The notes below the pieces were generated by a model. The model was not told the DNA's origin. It ran no database searches and worked only from the letters and a program-made list of their open reading frames with translations. DNA of 64,000 nucleotides. Origin: a virus. Shown in pieces: positions 36,611 to 44,345 of this stretch. Both the position numbers and the translations under genes were made by a program. Within the stretch, counting starts at the first letter, position 1, and each line of letters begins with the position of its first letter. The stretch is taken from IMG/VR virus record IMGVR_UViG_3300029258_005088, one strand, 5' to 3'.

Positions 36611-37131
36611 AGGTTCTCCATTCTTTCGGCGAAGTCCTCGCCCCATTTGTCAGTTACGAAGCTCTGCATACTTCCGTGCGTGTCCTCGTCGTATCCGTGT
36701 TCCTTGTGGAGATGGTCGTCGAACTCGAGAATAGGAAAGCAGAACAGACCATATGCCGTCATCATGTACGATCCTTTGTACACGTCGAAGCCGGTCTTCT
36801 CTTTGATGATGTCCAGCATCTCCGGATCCCGGCAATTCTTGGCGATGACCATATATACCGGGACGCATATCTCCGCACAAGTAAGGTTGTCGCAACAGTA
36901 CTGATACGCTACGTGCTTTCCGTAGGTATCCCACAGCCTGCGGATCTCCGCATAGGTCCAAGGAACCTTGGCCTCTATGTCGAGTACCGACGTGTTATTC
37001 TTCAGGATCTTGACGTATCCCTTTCCTTTGACGAAGATCTTGTAGTACCTGGTCGTTTCTTCAGAGGACCAGTCGTGAGCGTAATACTCCGTTTCCTTCC
37101 CTCTGTTTTTCTTTACTTCATAGATTTTCAT
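36511..37131 (-). CDS. hypothetical protein, possibly a two-domain fusion
   Basis: SD AGAGGA; FPILEFDDHLH...SMQSFV..KWG segment; tail overlaps the next gene by ~100 nt. Confidence 0.7.
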   Translation of the reverse strand: MKIYEVKKNRGKETEYYAHDWSSEETTRYYKIFVKGKGYVKILKNNTSVLDIEAKVPWTYAEIRRLWDTYGKHVAYQYCCDNLTCAEICVPVYMVIAKNCRDPEMLDIIKEKTGFDVYKGSYMMTAYGLFCFPILEFDDHLHKEHGYDEDTHGSMQSFVTDKWGEDFAERMENLWAKTSSKKQSQSSTGNSQSTTMGATCRKPAKA

Positions 37132-37447
37132 TGAATCCTCTTTCCGGAACGAAGATATACTCTATGTGTGAATGCACAAAGAAATACACCCTCTTTCCTC
37201 TGTATTTTGACCGGTAATATCCGATGTGCCAGTCGCTGGCCATGGTCAGTCCTCGAGACGGATGTCTCTCGTAGCCCATGTTCTCTGCGATAGCCACAAG
37301 ACTGTCCGTATCGACGTGCCTTAGGAACGTGCGCCTGGTGATCTCGATCTTGTCGTCGATCATGTCCATAAGCCCTCGGTGTTTCGGGCCCGAGGTCGGA
37401 AAGTCACAGCAGCACTTCCAGTACTGGTACCTAGACATCTTCAGCAA
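37118..37447 (-). CDS. hypothetical phage protein
   Basis: EITRRTFLRHV...DWHIGYYRSKYRGKRVYFFVHSHIEYIF motif. Confidence 0.8.
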   Translation of the reverse strand: MLKMSRYQYWKCCCDFPTSGPKHRGLMDMIDDKIEITRRTFLRHVDTDSLVAIAENMGYERHPSRGLTMASDWHIGYYRSKYRGKRVYFFVHSHIEYIFVPERGFNENL

Positions 37448-37649
37448 GGTCCGCAGGCTCTGCGAAATCGTCCTGGAGGCCCAGCTCGCTGTTGGACACC
37501 CAGATGGAGGCGACTACCCGAGCGCCGCCTTCGGTGTCCAAGTCTATGTCTCCCTCGTCGTCGTACACGTCGATCTCTCCGTCGCCGAGTACGGCCGCCT
37601 TCGCTTTGGCGACCTCGTACGCTTTCGCTTTGATCTCTTCCAATTTCAT
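37431..37649 (-). CDS. small acidic protein
   Basis: SD AAAGGA; DIDLDTEGGARVVASIWVS. Confidence 0.75.
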   Translation of the reverse strand: MKLEEIKAKAYEVAKAKAAVLGDGEIDVYDDEGDIDLDTEGGARVVASIWVSNSELGLQDDFAEPADLAEDV

Positions 37650-37658
37650 ACCTATATT
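37630..37658 (+). promoter_or_regulatory. sigma70-like promoter for a leaderless transcript
   Basis: TTGATC-17 bp-TATATT, 5 nt before ATG 37664; no SD. Confidence 0.65.
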
Positions 37659-37663
37659 CCTTT

Positions 37664-38320
37664 ATGATTGATTCTTGTCGAAAACAGATAGCGGAAGAGG
37701 ATGCCGACGCCATCGCCGACATCCTCTGCAATGACGAAAAAGATCGGGCACCTCTACTTGATCTTCTTCGCAACACGCCCGATATCCGGGACGATGTCCT
37801 TGACGATCCACGGCTTGTCGCATCCGTAATGGAGATAGCGGACAAGTCCACTCTGCCTCCTCGTCTATACTTCTACGTAGGCGTCCGACACTTCCTGTCC
37901 AAAAAGGGCATGAACGACCGTGAGCTCGCAGATTATCTGAGTACGATGTGCATACACTTCCTGTTCCATACCCCGTGGGGAACGGACAATCCGATGATGC
38001 ACCCGGATCTCTACATAAGCCGCGTCGTCGAAGTTTTGTCGGACGCCGTGGAGACTGAGGACTGGAACAAAGCTCACTGCCTCCACAGCCATCTGGGGCA
38101 CTATCTCCTCTTCTTCACCGGGCTGTTGCACAAGGTGCTCAAGTCGATGATACGACAAGGAGGAAGGCCCATGGAGAACTACGAGGAAATAGGCAGAGCT
38201 CATTTCAAGCACGCATCGAACTTCGACGTTCCGATCGCGGACCTCTACGAGAAGCTACACAAAGACTTCCCGACCATACGGCTCTGTCTGAACGAACTCT
38301 CCATAAGCTCTTTCCTCTAG
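37664..38320 (+). CDS. host-like conserved hypothetical protein; the only clear plus-strand gene
   Basis: Fits exactly between a divergent and a convergent minus-strand gene (CTAG stop overlap); resembles, from memory, a Verrucomicrobia/PVC family (CR..., LDDPRL, LYFYV.VRH, LADY, H.G.Y.LF..G, YE..GR). Confidence 0.85.
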   Translation: MIDSCRKQIAEEDADAIADILCNDEKDRAPLLDLLRNTPDIRDDVLDDPRLVASVMEIADKSTLPPRLYFYVGVRHFLSKKGMNDRELADYLSTMCIHFLFHTPWGTDNPMMHPDLYISRVVEVLSDAVETEDWNKAHCLHSHLGHYLLFFTGLLHKVLKSMIRQGGRPMENYEEIGRAHFKHASNFDVPIADLYEKLHKDFPTIRLCLNELSISSFL

Positions 38321-38688
38321 GCGAGCTGCAGATTCGAATCTTCCGGCCAGAAGTCGGCCAGGCTGTTGAGCTTGACTTTCTTCTTGTTGCACTTCTGGCA
38401 GCGCTTCCTACGACGGAAATCACCCGTTCCTCCGCAGACCTTGCAAGGCTTGTGGGTACGGCGCCATTCCCAGCGAAATCCCTTTCCGGCACATCTGTTG
38501 CACTCGCGTACGATGAACTTGTGCTTCGAAACCTTCCGCACGTACCTGCCTTCGGAGCAGGCTTTGCAATCCTCCCTCACCTTCTCGAAACGCCTTCCCG
38601 TCCCTTTGCACTCTCTGCACTCCTCCGTTCCCTCGATGAACTTCTTTCCACGACAGGCACTGCATTGCTCTACGCTTTCTTTGGACAT
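38317..38688 (-). CDS. DnaJ-type zinc-finger-only protein
   Basis: CSACRGKK, CRECKGTG, CKACSEG, CNRCAGKG, CKVCGGTG, CQKC; SD TTGGAGG; start MSKESV. Confidence 0.85.
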   Translation of the reverse strand: MSKESVEQCSACRGKKFIEGTEECRECKGTGRRFEKVREDCKACSEGRYVRKVSKHKFIVRECNRCAGKGFRWEWRRTHKPCKVCGGTGDFRRRKRCQKCNKKKVKLNSLADFWPEDSNLQLA

Positions 38689-38714
38689 TGTAACCTCCAA
38701 GACCTTTAAAATTG

Positions 38715-38754
38715 AAAAGGCCTCCCGGCGCTCGGTCGGAAGCGCTAGGAGACC
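38715..38754 (-). terminator. intrinsic terminator of a structured leader
   Basis: GGUCUCC..GCGCU-8 nt-AGCGC..GGAGGCC-UUUU. Confidence 0.8.
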
Positions 38755-38804
38755 TGCTTGGAGGCAGAAGCATGCCCATTGCTCCTGAAGGGTCCGAAAC
38801 CCTC
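38715..38804 (-). ncRNA. candidate riboswitch/attenuator leader (~90 nt)
   Basis: 5' hairpin AGGGU-UUCGG-ACCCU; AGGAGCA-7 nt-UGCUUCU; anti-SD GCCUCCAAG; terminator. Confidence 0.55.
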
Positions 38805-38810
38805 GCAGTT

Positions 38811-38839
38811 ACTATAGGCATACGACCACCTCCAGACAA
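38811..38839 (-). promoter_or_regulatory. sigma70-like promoter
   Basis: TTGTCT-17 bp-TATAGT, fully intergenic. Confidence 0.75.
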
Positions 38840-38841
38840 AC

Positions 38842-39273
38842 CTATTCCCGTGTTATTGCATAAGATATGTCGCCATGGAGCCGTAACCGGTCCCATCGGC
38901 GGACGTCGACGCGGGAATCTCCGTATAGCCCTCTGTAGTTGGCCAGACTAAGCCAGTTCTCCTCCATCTCAACCACGAGGGCTGCGTGATTGGTGGCCTC
39001 ATCGACTTGGATAAGAAGCATGACAGGGATGTTTTCCCGTACGATCTCAATATCCGATTCGATAGGTGTCATTCTCAGGTTTAAGTGTTCCGCCGCCTCC
39101 CGCACCCGGAACATCTCCGGCATGCAGTAGCGACACTTGGTCATTGCCAGCAGTTGCATCCAGCCGTATCCCTGTACAGGCACGCTCTTCTCTCCGAAGA
39201 AAATGAGCGCGTTCAACAGAGCCAGTACGTGACAACAGTAGCCGTGATGCTGACGCTGCTGGACGTACCTCAG
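38842..39273 (-). CDS. C39/papain-like peptidase domain protein, probable CTG start
   Basis: YVQQRQHHGYCCHVLALLNAL (Gln/Cys), NHAALVV (His), SLAN; CTG overlaps the MTase TGA. Confidence 0.65.
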   Translation of the reverse strand: MRYVQQRQHHGYCCHVLALLNALIFFGEKSVPVQGYGWMQLLAMTKCRYCMPEMFRVREAAEHLNLRMTPIESDIEIVRENIPVMLLIQVDEATNHAALVVEMEENWLSLANYRGLYGDSRVDVRRWDRLRLHGDISYAITRE

Positions 39274-40778
39274 GCCGCCAAGGCGTCCAGGCAGTGCAAT
39301 ATCTGGGCCCGGCACAAGTTCCTTGCCGTCTGCACGGGAACCGCGTTCCCTATCTGCCTTATCTGATCTCCCTTGTTTCCGCAAAAGGTATACTCCTTCG
39401 GGAAGCTCATCGCCGCGGCCAGTTCATGCGGCTGAAGCATTCTGTAGTAGATGTCCAGACCTACCTGAACCAATCCGTACTTGTTGCTGCTGGCCAATAT
39501 GGTCGGGATCGGGTAGTCGACGGAATGTGGCTTGGTGTTGCCGTAGTAGTCGATCAAAAACCCGCTCTGCACCATTCCGAAACGACCCTTGGTAGGAATC
39601 GTGGCCAACGGTTTGTCCAGGCTGTGAGGAACTTTCCCGGATCCCGACCCATAGTACTGGATCAGGAAACTCTCCACCAGAGAGATCGCACCTTTCGTCG
39701 CGATCGTCGGAAGAGGGTTCTCCACAGGCCTGGGTGCGCTGCCTCCGTGCTGGCCTATGATCATCGGAGTTGCCAGGCCGAATCTGTTCCCACCTGCCGT
39801 CACAGTGTGCAGCGGATGGTTCAGGTCTCCCGTCCTCGGCGTCACTCCTCCATAGTACTCCACCAAATACGGCTCCACGAGCCCGTGGTGGGTCCCTCCT
39901 GCCGTTATTCCGTTCAGAGGGAGGTTTACGTCGCGAGCGCCTCCCGTGCCTCTCAGAATCGTTAAAAACGGCTCCATGAGATCTCCGCCGTATCTCTCGA
40001 GACCTGCGATGATCTTGTTCATGGTGTTTTCGGCAAGAGGCTTCTTGCGATCGAAGATGGACTGACTCGGGTATTCCCAGTCGATGATGTCCCTGGCAGG
40101 TATCCACGGCTTGAGACCGAACCTGGCCTCCTTGTCGTGACTAAAGGCCGGAAACGCGGGAGCGTCGGAACGACGAGCGAGAAGGAAGAACCTCCGCCTC
40201 GTCGTTGGATCTCCGTAGTCGGCGCAGTTCACGACTGCGTAACTCACGTAGTATCCACATGCCCTCAGTGCGTTCATCCATGCCTGGAAGATCTCACCCT
40301 TCTTCTCCGGATCGGGAATCATCCAGGGATCCCCGCCTTTGTTGTACATCCGCTTGCCCTTGGCATCTCTCTTCTGGATCAGAGGTCCCCAGTCCTGGAA
40401 CTCGGGGACGTTCTCGACGATGACGACTTCCGGACACAAGGCTTCCGCCCATCGGAGAACGTGCCAGGCCGTAGCCCGACTTTGATCGTCCGACGGCTTT
40501 CCGCCCTTGGCCACGGAATGATTCGTGCACTCCGGACTGGCGATCAGCATGTGAAGCTGCTTGCCTTTGTAGATCTTGCGAGGATCGACGTTATCCAGCG
40601 AGTCGCACACCGGAGTTACGTGAGGGTGATTGGCGCAGTGCGTCTTCAGCGCCTTTTCGTTGTGATTGAACGCATGCATTCTGATGTCTACACCGACGTC
40701 CGCTCCGGCCTGGAAACAGCCCTCGGCCGTTCCCCCTGCGCCAGCGAACAGATCCGCGACGTTTATGCATTTACACAT
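39270..40778 (-). CDS. dcm: DNA (cytosine-5) methyltransferase with five tandem variable-region repeats
   Basis: FAGAGG (motif I), SPEC (IV), ENV (VI), RRRFF (VIII), IGNAVP (X); repeated PLxT(I/V) units. Confidence 0.95.
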   Translation of the reverse strand: MCKCINVADLFAGAGGTAEGCFQAGADVGVDIRMHAFNHNEKALKTHCANHPHVTPVCDSLDNVDPRKIYKGKQLHMLIASPECTNHSVAKGGKPSDDQSRATAWHVLRWAEALCPEVVIVENVPEFQDWGPLIQKRDAKGKRMYNKGGDPWMIPDPEKKGEIFQAWMNALRACGYYVSYAVVNCADYGDPTTRRRFFLLARRSDAPAFPAFSHDKEARFGLKPWIPARDIIDWEYPSQSIFDRKKPLAENTMNKIIAGLERYGGDLMEPFLTILRGTGGARDVNLPLNGITAGGTHHGLVEPYLVEYYGGVTPRTGDLNHPLHTVTAGGNRFGLATPMIIGQHGGSAPRPVENPLPTIATKGAISLVESFLIQYYGSGSGKVPHSLDKPLATIPTKGRFGMVQSGFLIDYYGNTKPHSVDYPIPTILASSNKYGLVQVGLDIYYRMLQPHELAAAMSFPKEYTFCGNKGDQIRQIGNAVPVQTARNLCRAQILHCLDALAA

Positions 40779-41044
40779 AGGGCGGATGCCCTCCTATTCA
40801 GTACGTTCGACGGATAGAGCACGCCTCTGTCACTGGTAATCAGCACAAGAGGTACCCTAAGGGCGTTGAGCAGGACGTCCAAAAACGTCAGATTGGTGCT
40901 GGTTCTCCGACACACCACGAGGAGAAGCTTGCCGTCTGCCTTGGCCACGCCTTCGATATCTCTTATGAGATCATGGACTTCGCCTGCAGTACGATAATTG
41001 CCGCTCATCTCTCTGGAACCCTTGGTGGTTATGATTTCGATCAC
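40763..41044 (-). CDS. hypothetical protein
   Basis: Start trimmed to a GTG overlapping the GP88 TAG. Confidence 0.55.
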   Translation of the reverse strand: MIEIITTKGSREMSGNYRTAGEVHDLIRDIEGVAKADGKLLLVVCRRTSTNLTFLDVLLNALRVPLVLITSDRGVLYPSNVLNRRASALCVNA

Positions 41045-41676
41045 TAATGCACTCCGTACGAAACATGTTTTACCGTGTGCATCCAGCAGGCTCTGCATTT
41101 GCCGCACGGTGACTTCGTCTTCACCGCCTGACATATGTGAGCCCCCGGGACTTTCTCCTCGGACGTATGTACCGAGGACACCAACATATCCGTATCTGGT
41201 ATTTCATTGAAGTTATGACCCGACAATCGGATCACGAGGTTCGTAGGAACGTCCTCGTCCTTGACGACTGATTCCACGAATCTGTACTCCCTCGTCGGCA
41301 GCCAGTGCATGACGTCGGGAGTCTTTCTACACACCTCGAAGATGTTCTTCAGATGTCTGTGGCCCTGCAGATCTCCGCTGTCATGCCAGCGGAAGTGCGT
41401 GTGGCCTTTCTCGTACCTGAACGTAATCTCGAATACCATACACTCGATCCAGCGAGGATCCATGAGAGAATCCAGCCGTCTGTACATGGCCTTGATCACG
41501 TTTGGGAATACGTAACGCCCCTTTAGAGCGTAACAATGCGAGCAGACCGTGTTCTCGTGTCTGCGCAGTCTGGAGCCCACGATACATTTCTCCGCTGGGA
41601 GGTTGTAGCTGTATCCGGGCATCTTCGAGGGATTCGACAGCCCACCTGTGACTGCCTGAGCTTCTTTAAGAAACAT
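41044..41676 (-). CDS. GP88-like protein
   Basis: GGLSNPSKMPGYSYNLPA..C..G......VCSHCYA, FRWHDSGD, HWLPTRE, NLVIRLS, C....PCGKCRACW; start MFLKEA. Confidence 0.85.
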   Translation of the reverse strand: MFLKEAQAVTGGLSNPSKMPGYSYNLPAEKCIVGSRLRRHENTVCSHCYALKGRYVFPNVIKAMYRRLDSLMDPRWIECMVFEITFRYEKGHTHFRWHDSGDLQGHRHLKNIFEVCRKTPDVMHWLPTREYRFVESVVKDEDVPTNLVIRLSGHNFNEIPDTDMLVSSVHTSEEKVPGAHICQAVKTKSPCGKCRACWMHTVKHVSYGVH

Positions 41677-41735
41677 ATACCGGTCCCTTGTATAGGGGTC
41701 CACGTTACATGATTTCTTACAAAAGATATTTACAA

Positions 41736-41761
41736 TAAAAAGGCGCCCCCGAAGGGGCGCC
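41736..41761 (-). terminator. intrinsic terminator
   Basis: GGCGCCCC-UUCG-GGGGCGCC-U5. Confidence 0.85.
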
Positions 41762-41835
41762 CCGTGTTCTTGCTTCCGCGTCCGTGACCAGGTCCGGGAC
41801 GCTTCCACAACCGTGTTTTCTGCAGATCTCCTAGC

Positions 41836-42996
41836 TTAGGCGTCCACCGCGACTTTCTGTAACAGTTTTCCCGCCACAGTGTCGATTTCCATGCGCTTGT
41901 CAGCCCATGTCTCGCGCTGGGAGATACGGCTCAGCCCGTTTGCAATGCCCCAGGCACTCGTCGGATCGAGATCGCTCTCGAAACGAACGCATGCCTCCCA
42001 TGCCTTGCCAGCGAGGTTGCGAGTCATCAACCGCTTGCCGAACAAGAAGTCGAGGACTTCGTCCTTGTCCTGGCCCATGATGAAGGACTTCGACTTGGCT
42101 ATCATCAGTCGGTCGTCTTCGGTCGAAGCGTTCGCGTACTCCGTAAGGCGGCACTGCAACTGGGTGAATGCACGCTCGTCCAGGTCGGCACCGACGTGAC
42201 GGAGTTTGATCTCTTTAACGTCGCTGGCGCCCCATACTATGTGATTACCGCAGGTACCACGAAATTTGAATTCCGTATAGAGGAAGCTGGACTTGCCGAC
42301 TTCCGAGTTTCCGACGATGAAGCCGCGGCTCAAACCGCCATCGCTCCCATCGTCTATTCTTGCGTCATCGTTGACGAGGAACGCGAACATGTCGCGATCG
42401 CCACGATACAGCCCGGCGGGGCCGATCATGTCGCCTTCCTTCAACCAAGTACTCTTGGTAAGGTCTTCCGCCGTAGCGGGCCTGGCTCCGGGAGCGTCCG
42501 GCTTTACCGGCCGTGCCGGCGGAACCTTCCACCCATGCTCCTGCAAAGGCAAGAGCCTGTCCAGGATGTCGACGTCGTGGATACGGGAGTATCTCTGACT
42601 CGTGATGGAACGGAGAAGCCCGGTGTCGTCATGATACAGAGACAACCCCGACGACCGTTCGTTGGCGTCGAGCGTCCGAAGACCGTCGGTAAGACATTCC
42701 GCAACCAGTCCGGAATCGTTCAGCGTGGACAGATAACCGGACGGGGCCTGCACCATGGAGCACAGCTGACCGAACGTCCAGTTGTTGAGATCGAAGCTCT
42801 TGCCACAGGTAGTGTCCAGGGACAAGGAACCTGCATGCTCCCCGACGTGGGCGAGCTCAAAGAGAGGATCGATGTCGTAGGCCTCGGAACGTTCCTTGCT
42901 CTCCCGTGCGTTGTCTCGCATCTCTTCCAGCGTCCAGAAGCGCTCGTCCGAAGGACGGGTGCGCCACTGGTTGTAAGCCATCATCAGTTCGGTCAT
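41836..42996 (-). CDS. DUF932-like phage protein
   Basis: MTELMMAYNQWRTRPSDERF, WTFGQLC, DRDMFAFL, NSEVGKSS, TCGNHIVWG, H.G; start trimmed. Confidence 0.8.
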   Translation of the reverse strand: MTELMMAYNQWRTRPSDERFWTLEEMRDNARESKERSEAYDIDPLFELAHVGEHAGSLSLDTTCGKSFDLNNWTFGQLCSMVQAPSGYLSTLNDSGLVAECLTDGLRTLDANERSSGLSLYHDDTGLLRSITSQRYSRIHDVDILDRLLPLQEHGWKVPPARPVKPDAPGARPATAEDLTKSTWLKEGDMIGPAGLYRGDRDMFAFLVNDDARIDDGSDGGLSRGFIVGNSEVGKSSFLYTEFKFRGTCGNHIVWGASDVKEIKLRHVGADLDERAFTQLQCRLTEYANASTEDDRLMIAKSKSFIMGQDKDEVLDFLFGKRLMTRNLAGKAWEACVRFESDLDPTSAWGIANGLSRISQRETWADKRMEIDTVAGKLLQKVAVDA

Positions 42997-43490
42997 GTCA
43001 ATAGATCCTTTGCTGCTTGTGGTGGAAGTTCCTCGGCCAGTTTCGCTCTCAACGTGCTCCGCAATTCGCGGACACCGCCGATCACGTCCTTGGTGACCTT
43101 GAACTCGGTGAAATCGACGTAGTCCGGGCGATCCATGTGGACGAGATCGGTCTCGATCTCCCATCCCTTGTCGATCCACCCCTTCAGCTTGCCGTAGAGC
43201 CTGACGAGATCGTCAACGCCGTTGGGCAGCGGAATCGGGGACGAACCGCAGGCATCCAAGTATCCCAGACGCTGGATGAAGTCCACCAGAACGAACTGGT
43301 CGACTCGGCCCAGCTTGACCGCCAGCATCACCATCGGCAGCTGATACCCGAGGTGATCTCCCTTCGCGTCGGGAGGGAAAGAGTAATCGCTGTTGATCAT
43401 GCAGTTGTCGTTCATTGTCAAGCCCAGCTTGGACTCGAGTTCCTTCGGATCGGTGATCACCTCTCCGTTCACGATGTTTTGTACCTTCAT
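42993..43490 (-). CDS. hypothetical protein
   Basis: ATGA overlaps at both ends. Confidence 0.75.
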   Translation of the reverse strand: MKVQNIVNGEVITDPKELESKLGLTMNDNCMINSDYSFPPDAKGDHLGYQLPMVMLAVKLGRVDQFVLVDFIQRLGYLDACGSSPIPLPNGVDDLVRLYGKLKGWIDKGWEIETDLVHMDRPDYVDFTEFKVTKDVIGGVRELRSTLRAKLAEELPPQAAKDLLT

Positions 43491-43672
43491 GCTTTCTTCT
43501 TGTTGGCTATGGTCACCATGTCCCGGACGACTCCTGCGTCTCCGGAGCTTACGATGACGGGTTCCTGTTTCTTGTCGATCGGAAGACCGACGATTACGAA
43601 GGCGGAGAAAACCTCTTCCAGCTGCCGCTTGGCGGCCTCGGCTCTCTCCCGCAGTATGTTATTGATCTTCAT
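43487..43672 (-). CDS. small hypothetical protein
   Basis: SD GAGGA. Confidence 0.7.
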   Translation of the reverse strand: MKINNILRERAEAAKRQLEEVFSAFVIVGLPIDKKQEPVIVSSGDAGVVRDMVTIANKKKA

Positions 43673-43699
43673 GATATCCTCGGGATTGGTCGTCGCCTC

Positions 43700-44305
43700 C
43701 TACAAGGATGATTTGATGGACTTGGCCTCCTCCTTGTCATAAGGTCCGTCGAGAACGGCGAAAGCGGGAAAGCGGCCGAAGTAGCCCTTGCCTCCCGTCT
43801 CCTTCACGTCCTGCTTGGCGAAACCGTACTTTACCAGATCGACCACGCGGCCGACCATGACGACGAAATATTTCTTTTTCCTGTGCCAGACCTTGGCCCG
43901 AACGGCCCTGGCTTCGTATTCTTCTCTGGGATCTCTCAGCGACGACTTTCCCACGACGTAGTTCGCGGTCTGTCCGAAGTCTCTGAGTACGTGGACTTCT
44001 CCGGTCTCGTGCCTTCCCACGACGTAATACCCACGGGCGACGAACTTGCCGTCCCTGGATATCCCGAAGAAGCGTATGCTGGGATCATTGGTGCAGTCGC
44101 GCCATTCCCACTCCCTCTGTCTGAGCATGGTGAGAAGCCCCATAACTTCTCTGTTGTCCGGATGACACTCCTCCAACATCTCCACTGTCGGCTGAATGTA
44201 CTCGTATCCTTCTACCTTGGCGACACCTGCCAGTTCCTTTGCCCACTTGCGGGGTTCGTCTTGGAAGTAGCACGATGCGTGCACAAGGGTAGCGTTGTTG
44301 TCCAT
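43700..44305 (-). CDS. hypothetical protein
   Basis: SD AAAGGAG. Confidence 0.75.
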   Translation of the reverse strand: MDNNATLVHASCYFQDEPRKWAKELAGVAKVEGYEYIQPTVEMLEECHPDNREVMGLLTMLRQREWEWRDCTNDPSIRFFGISRDGKFVARGYYVVGRHETGEVHVLRDFGQTANYVVGKSSLRDPREEYEARAVRAKVWHRKKKYFVVMVGRVVDLVKYGFAKQDVKETGGKGYFGRFPAFAVLDGPYDKEEAKSIKSSL

Positions 44306-44345
44306 AAGGATCTCCTTTGGAAAGGTATTTACAATATAGGGGGGA

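Noticed and set aside
38785-38803. Hammerhead-like CTGAAG...GAAAC on the plus strand
   Set aside because: The core should be CUGANGA; here it is CUGAAGG, stem II is too short, and the sequence is explained by the minus-strand leader hairpin.
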